The position numbers were made by a program, and so were the translations under genes. From an uncultured Flavobacteriales bacterium (GTDB lineage: Bacteria; Bacteroidota; Bacteroidia; Flavobacteriales_G; Salibacteraceae): a stretch of 64,000 nucleotides of DNA. Below, one piece after another: positions 60,282 to 64,000 of the stretch. Position 1 is the first letter of the stretch. The number at the start of each line of letters is the position of its first letter. The stretch covers positions 13,860 to 77,859 of the forward strand of contig CAWVSS010000002.1 of the NCBI GenBank assembly GCA_963933405.1, in the 5' to 3' direction. Under the pieces are notes generated by a model, which worked only from the letters and a program-made list of their open reading frames with translations, did not search any database and was not told the DNA's origin.

Positions 60282-62474
60282 ATGACCAAAGAAGAAATCA
60301 AAAATCTTTCTGCCGTAAATCCAAATACGGTTACCACTACTGTTATACAAATGGAAGCAGTTGAATGCGGTGCGGCAAGTTTAAAAATGGTCTTAGGGTA
60401 TTTCGGGAAACACATATCTCTTGAAATGTTAAGAGAAGAATGCGGTGTAAACCGAGATGGTAGTAAAGCAATAAACATAATCAAGGCCGCGCGGAAATTT
60501 AATCTAGAGCCAGAGGGTTATAAAGTAGAGGAAGTTACGGGCCTTAAAGACATTGAGTTTCCTGCCATAATACATTGGAATTTCAACCACTTTGTTGTCT
60601 TAGAAGGGTTTAAAAAAGGGGTATTCTACCTTAATGACCCGGCAATGGGGCACAGGAAAGTTTCTTTTGATGATTTTAACGGTTCTTTCACAGGTGTAGT
60701 GTTAACATTCAAAAAAGGTGAGAGTTTTATTAAGTCAGGAAATAAAAGTAATTTACTTAATGCTTTAAAAGAAAGAACTAAAGGATACGAAAATGTTATT
60801 CTTGTGCTCTTTTTAGTAGGTTTATTACTAGTTATTCCTGGGCTAATTATCCCGATTTTTTCGAGAATATTTGTTGATGAAATTTTAATTTCACATGCCA
60901 CGGATTGGATATGGCCTTTGGTAGCAGGTATGGCTTTAACTGCCATTTTCAGAGCGTTACTTCAGTACTTTCAATTTAATTTATTAATGAAAGCCAAAAA
61001 CAAGCTAGACATTGTTTCTTCAGCTCAATATTTTTGGCATGTATTGAAGCTTCCAATTCAATTTTTTCACCAAAGAGATAACGGAGAAATTGGAAGTAGA
61101 ATCGTACTCAACAGTAAAATATCACATTTAATTACAGGTCAGATTGCTAGAAACCTTCTGGATTTAATTGTAGTTGTTTTCTATTTCATTTTAATGCTCC
61201 AATATGATTTAACATTATCTCTTTTAGCATTGTTTTTTGCCTTAATGAATATTATGTCAGTCAAGCTAATTGGTTCAAAACGTATTGAAAAATATTTTTC
61301 TCTTTCTGTTTCAAGTGGAAAATTGTATGGTATTACATTAGGTGGAATTAAAACGATTGAAACTTTAAAGGCGATGGGTCGTGAAAACGATTTTTTCGTT
61401 AAATGGAATGGAAGTTTTGCCAAAGTAATTAATCAAAAACAAAAACTTGCAGCATTTGAGGCGTATTTTAGATTAATACCGAGATTTATAGCACAATTTC
61501 AAACCTTAATTATTTTGATTTTAGGGTCTAGTAAAATTATGGATGGAGAACTTTCAGTTGGTATGTTAGTAGCCTTTCAAAGTTTAGTGTCTAGTTTTTC
61601 TGCTCCTATAAGTAGTTTAGTTGGACTAGGATCTAGTCTCCAAAAGCTTGAGGGTGACATGAATCGTATTGATGACGTAATGCGAGCTGAACCTGATCCT
61701 TCCATTGAGCAAAAGGTTATCATCCATGATGACAACTATCAAAAAATATCCAAAAAACTAGAGGGTTATATTGAGCTTAAGAACGTATCGTTTGGTTATA
61801 GTAAGGTCTCAGAACCTTTAATTTCTGATTTCTCACTTAAAATAAATCCTGGAGAAAGAATTGCTTTAGTTGGTGGTTCTGGTAGTGGTAAATCGACGGT
61901 AGCAAAACTTTTAATGGGATTTTATGAACCTTGGTCCGGCGAAATATTATTTGATGGAGTAAACCGCAAAGACCTTCCAAGGCAAGTTATAAATAATTCG
62001 ATTTCTATGGTTTCACAAGAAATTTATTTATTCCCTGGCCCAATACGAGACGTTTTGACTCTACATGACACAACTATAACTGACCACATGTTAGTAAATG
62101 CTTGTAAAGATGCTAACATCCATGAAATTATTGCTTCCAAGCCAAAGGCCTACGATTATGAATTAAATGAGGGTGGTAAAAACTTTTCAGGTGGCCAAAG
62201 ACAACGTTTAGAAATTGCTCGTGCAATGGTCACCAACCCAACTATGTTAGTTTTAGATGAGGCGACAAGTGCGCTAGATCCAACAACTGAGAAATTCATT
62301 GACGAAAATATTAAAAAACGAAAATGCAGTGTTGTCGTAGTCGCTCACAGGTTAAGCACTATTCGAGACAGTGATGAAATAATTGTTCTTGATAAAGGTA
62401 AAATTATTGAACGTGGGACTCACGAACAACTGGTTTCAAATAAAGGGCGTTACTATAATCTCATTAAAAGTTAA
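60282..62474 (+). CDS. C39-peptidase-domain ABC transporter (leader-cleaving peptide exporter)
   Basis: C39 catalytic elements are QMEAVECGAASL (Gln/Cys), NHFVVLEG (His) and LNDPA (Asp). It also has a six-TM domain, Walker A GGSGSGKST, signature FSGGQRQRL and Walker B LVLDEATSALD. Confidence 0.9.
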   Translation: MTKEEIKNLSAVNPNTVTTTVIQMEAVECGAASLKMVLGYFGKHISLEMLREECGVNRDGSKAINIIKAARKFNLEPEGYKVEEVTGLKDIEFPAIIHWNFNHFVVLEGFKKGVFYLNDPAMGHRKVSFDDFNGSFTGVVLTFKKGESFIKSGNKSNLLNALKERTKGYENVILVLFLVGLLLVIPGLIIPIFSRIFVDEILISHATDWIWPLVAGMALTAIFRALLQYFQFNLLMKAKNKLDIVSSAQYFWHVLKLPIQFFHQRDNGEIGSRIVLNSKISHLITGQIARNLLDLIVVVFYFILMLQYDLTLSLLALFFALMNIMSVKLIGSKRIEKYFSLSVSSGKLYGITLGGIKTIETLKAMGRENDFFVKWNGSFAKVINQKQKLAAFEAYFRLIPRFIAQFQTLIILILGSSKIMDGELSVGMLVAFQSLVSSFSAPISSLVGLGSSLQKLEGDMNRIDDVMRAEPDPSIEQKVIIHDDNYQKISKKLEGYIELKNVSFGYSKVSEPLISDFSLKINPGERIALVGGSGSGKSTVAKLLMGFYEPWSGEILFDGVNRKDLPRQVINNSISMVSQEIYLFPGPIRDVLTLHDTTITDHMLVNACKDANIHEIIASKPKAYDYELNEGGKNFSGGQRQRLEIARAMVTNPTMLVLDEATSALDPTTEKFIDENIKKRKCSVVVVAHRLSTIRDSDEIIVLDKGKIIERGTHEQLVSNKGRYYNLIKS

Positions 62475-64000
62475 TGGAGAATTTTATTAAACATATAAAA
62501 TCAATAGGCAAAGAATTTACTGTTCCTGTTATTGATCCTTTCATAGCTAATGATCCGAATAAAGTATGGTTTTTATTGGAAGGTGAGCTAAATTTATCTT
62601 CTACTATAGTAAAAGATGGTAAGCCTTATGGCAGGTTAAATAATTTTTTAAATATTCAACCCGGTGAGCTATTATTTGGGATTAAAGAAGAAGATTCAAA
62701 TGGATTAAGCTTTTTAGTTGATGCTAATGTTGAGAGTAAATTGGTTGAAATTCAATTATCCTCCATAAAAATTCATGCACAAAAAGATGAATTTTTTACA
62801 ATTTATTTAGAAAAAATAAATCATTGGGTTTGCAGATTATATGAGGGCGTTAAAGACGATACTTCTATTTCCCTTCCGGTTGTTACTGATTCATTGCATT
62901 TAAATTCTTCAGTCTTCACTTCTGAATCTAGGCCATTTGATTCAAATCAATCTGTGGTAATAATGTCTGATTTCGGTAAAAAAATCCTCTTTAATAACCA
63001 CATTCCTCTTCAAACAAACAATTGTTGTTTTCCTGTTGCAAAAAATCATTTTATTACCTTCAAAGAAGACTTTAAAGGTGAGGTGATTTCATTTGAAGAC
63101 GCTTTGTTTAATGATCTAATTTGGGAAGGCATCGAACAGTTGAGCGCATGTGTCTTATCAAGTGATTTGTACGAAAAGAACATTGAAGAATCTCGCGAAG
63201 CAAAAAGACTAGAGGCCAAGTACCGTAACCAAGATAAACAGTTTATATCTTCACTTTCACAAATTAAAAGTGTTTTTAAGCCCACTGAAGATTTTAAATT
63301 AGATTTCAAAACCAAAGATCACTTTTTTAACGCCTGTCAGTTGGTTGCTTCGAGCGATAATATAGAATTAAAACAACCTAATATCTATAGTAAGAATTCT
63401 GATAAAATAGCAGAAATTTGTCGTTATTCAGGAATTAGATACAGAGAAGTTCTTCTAGAGGGTGACTGGCTCAACGAAAACAATGAAGATGCCTTTCTTG
63501 GTTTATACGGACCAAACAAAACTCCAGTAGCCGTTGTTCAAAAAAACGGTAAACTTCATTGTGTCAACCCAGAATCAGAAGAGGTATTTGAAATCACTAA
63601 AGAGCATATTACTCAATTTCAACAAGAAGTATATAATTTTTTCAAACCTTTTGATGACAACAAAAAACTTTCGATAAAAGACATCTTTCTTTTTTCCTTT
63701 TCAAAAAACAAAAAAGATCTAATAACTCTATTGTTTATGGGTTTTTTAGGTAGTACACTTGGTCTCTTGACTCCGATTTTAAGTGCTCAAATTTTTGACT
63801 CTGTAATTCCAAATGCGGACAAATACCAGCTTTATTTTATTGCAATTGCTCTTTTCTCAATGGCCTTGGGCGCTATGAGTTTCGATATGGTAAAAGGGTT
63901 TGCTCTATTAAGAGTGCAAGGTAGAATGGATTTTAAACTGCAATCAGCTCTATGGGATAGATTATTAAATCTCCCAAGTGATTTTTTCAAAAAATATAGT
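62474..64000 (+). CDS. second ABC transporter subunit (3'-truncated by window end) with cNMP-binding-like and C39-like (possibly degenerate) N-terminal domains
   Basis: This ORF is not in the ORF track because it has no stop in the window. I translated it manually from the ATG in the TAATG overlap: MENFIKHIKSIGKEF...VWFLLEGELNLSS...IQPGELLFG, then DHFFNACQLVASSDNIELKQP...RYREVLLEGDWLNE, then TM helices (LLFMGFLGSTLGLLTPILSAQIFD). The frame is open to nt 64000. Confidence 0.75.
   Translation, partial: MENFIKHIKSIGKEFTVPVIDPFIANDPNKVWFLLEGELNLSSTIVKDGKPYGRLNNFLNIQPGELLFGIKEEDSNGLSFLVDANVESKLVEIQLSSIKIHAQKDEFFTIYLEKINHWVCRLYEGVKDDTSISLPVVTDSLHLNSSVFTSESRPFDSNQSVVIMSDFGKKILFNNHIPLQTNNCCFPVAKNHFITFKEDFKGEVISFEDALFNDLIWEGIEQLSACVLSSDLYEKNIEESREAKRLEAKYRNQDKQFISSLSQIKSVFKPTEDFKLDFKTKDHFFNACQLVASSDNIELKQPNIYSKNSDKIAEICRYSGIRYREVLLEGDWLNENNEDAFLGLYGPNKTPVAVVQKNGKLHCVNPESEEVFEITKEHITQFQQEVYNFFKPFDDNKKLSIKDIFLFSFSKNKKDLITLLFMGFLGSTLGLLTPILSAQIFDSVIPNADKYQLYFIAIALFSMALGAMSFDMVKGFALLRVQGRMDFKLQSALWDRLLNLPSDFFKKYS

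Noticed and set aside
59413-63315. Minus-strand ORFs in the export operon (59413-59739, 60191-60484, 60626-60946, 61181-61423, 63046-63315)
   Set aside because: They are antisense to the HlyD and ABC genes. I checked them for GG-leader-like N-termini as possible extra precursors and found none.
1-64000. Search by eye for CRISPR arrays, tandem repeats, tRNA/rRNA genes, IS elements and integrases
   Set aside because: I noticed no regularly spaced direct repeats, cloverleaf-like sequences, transposase/integrase motifs or terminal inverted repeats. An eye scan of 64 kb is not exhaustive; tRNAscan-SE, Infernal, ISfinder and a repeat finder would settle it.

Overview
AT-rich chromosomal segment (GC not computed). 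Gene content and protein N-termini look Bacteroidota/Flavobacteriia-like: TonB-dependent receptor behind a B12 riboswitch, an ECF sigma factor, lipoprotein FKBPs, a TAnnTTTG-type -7 box and mostly no Shine-Dalgarno sequences. About 50 protein genes are dense on both strands, many with ATGA/TAATG overlaps. Most of the window is housekeeping: rapA (5' partial), truA, csp, cyclophilin, fabG, ndk, nrnA-like, two FKBPs, uvrA, nth, bcp, recA, thrS-infC-rpmI-rplT and a DEAD-box helicase. Accessory content falls into five blocks. (1) A decayed stretch at about 6.0-6.7 kb holds Fur-like and TPR-tail gene remnants. (2) A cobalamin riboswitch controls a btuB-like receptor and a beta-propeller lipoprotein. 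(3) A MarR-controlled tripartite RND efflux operon. (4) A cluster at about 44-53 kb resembles a polyprenyl-phosphate-sugar envelope-glycosylation locus: GT-C+TPR fusion, FAD oxidoreductase, front-end-type desaturase, polytopic membrane protein, GtrB-like GT2 and a flippase-like protein. (5) The most interesting locus is at the right edge (about 54.7-64.0 kb, truncated by the window end). A 64-codon ORF has a canonical double-glycine leader and an extremely charged, Cys-free, net-acidic 47-aa core. A strong terminator follows it, then a TolC / HlyD / C39-peptidase-ABC / second-ABC export operon. A membrane-protein/ABC-ATPase/GNAT operon is transcribed divergently. I saw no tRNA, rRNA, CRISPR array, transposase or integrase. 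All family assignments come from motif recognition by eye; no database search was possible.
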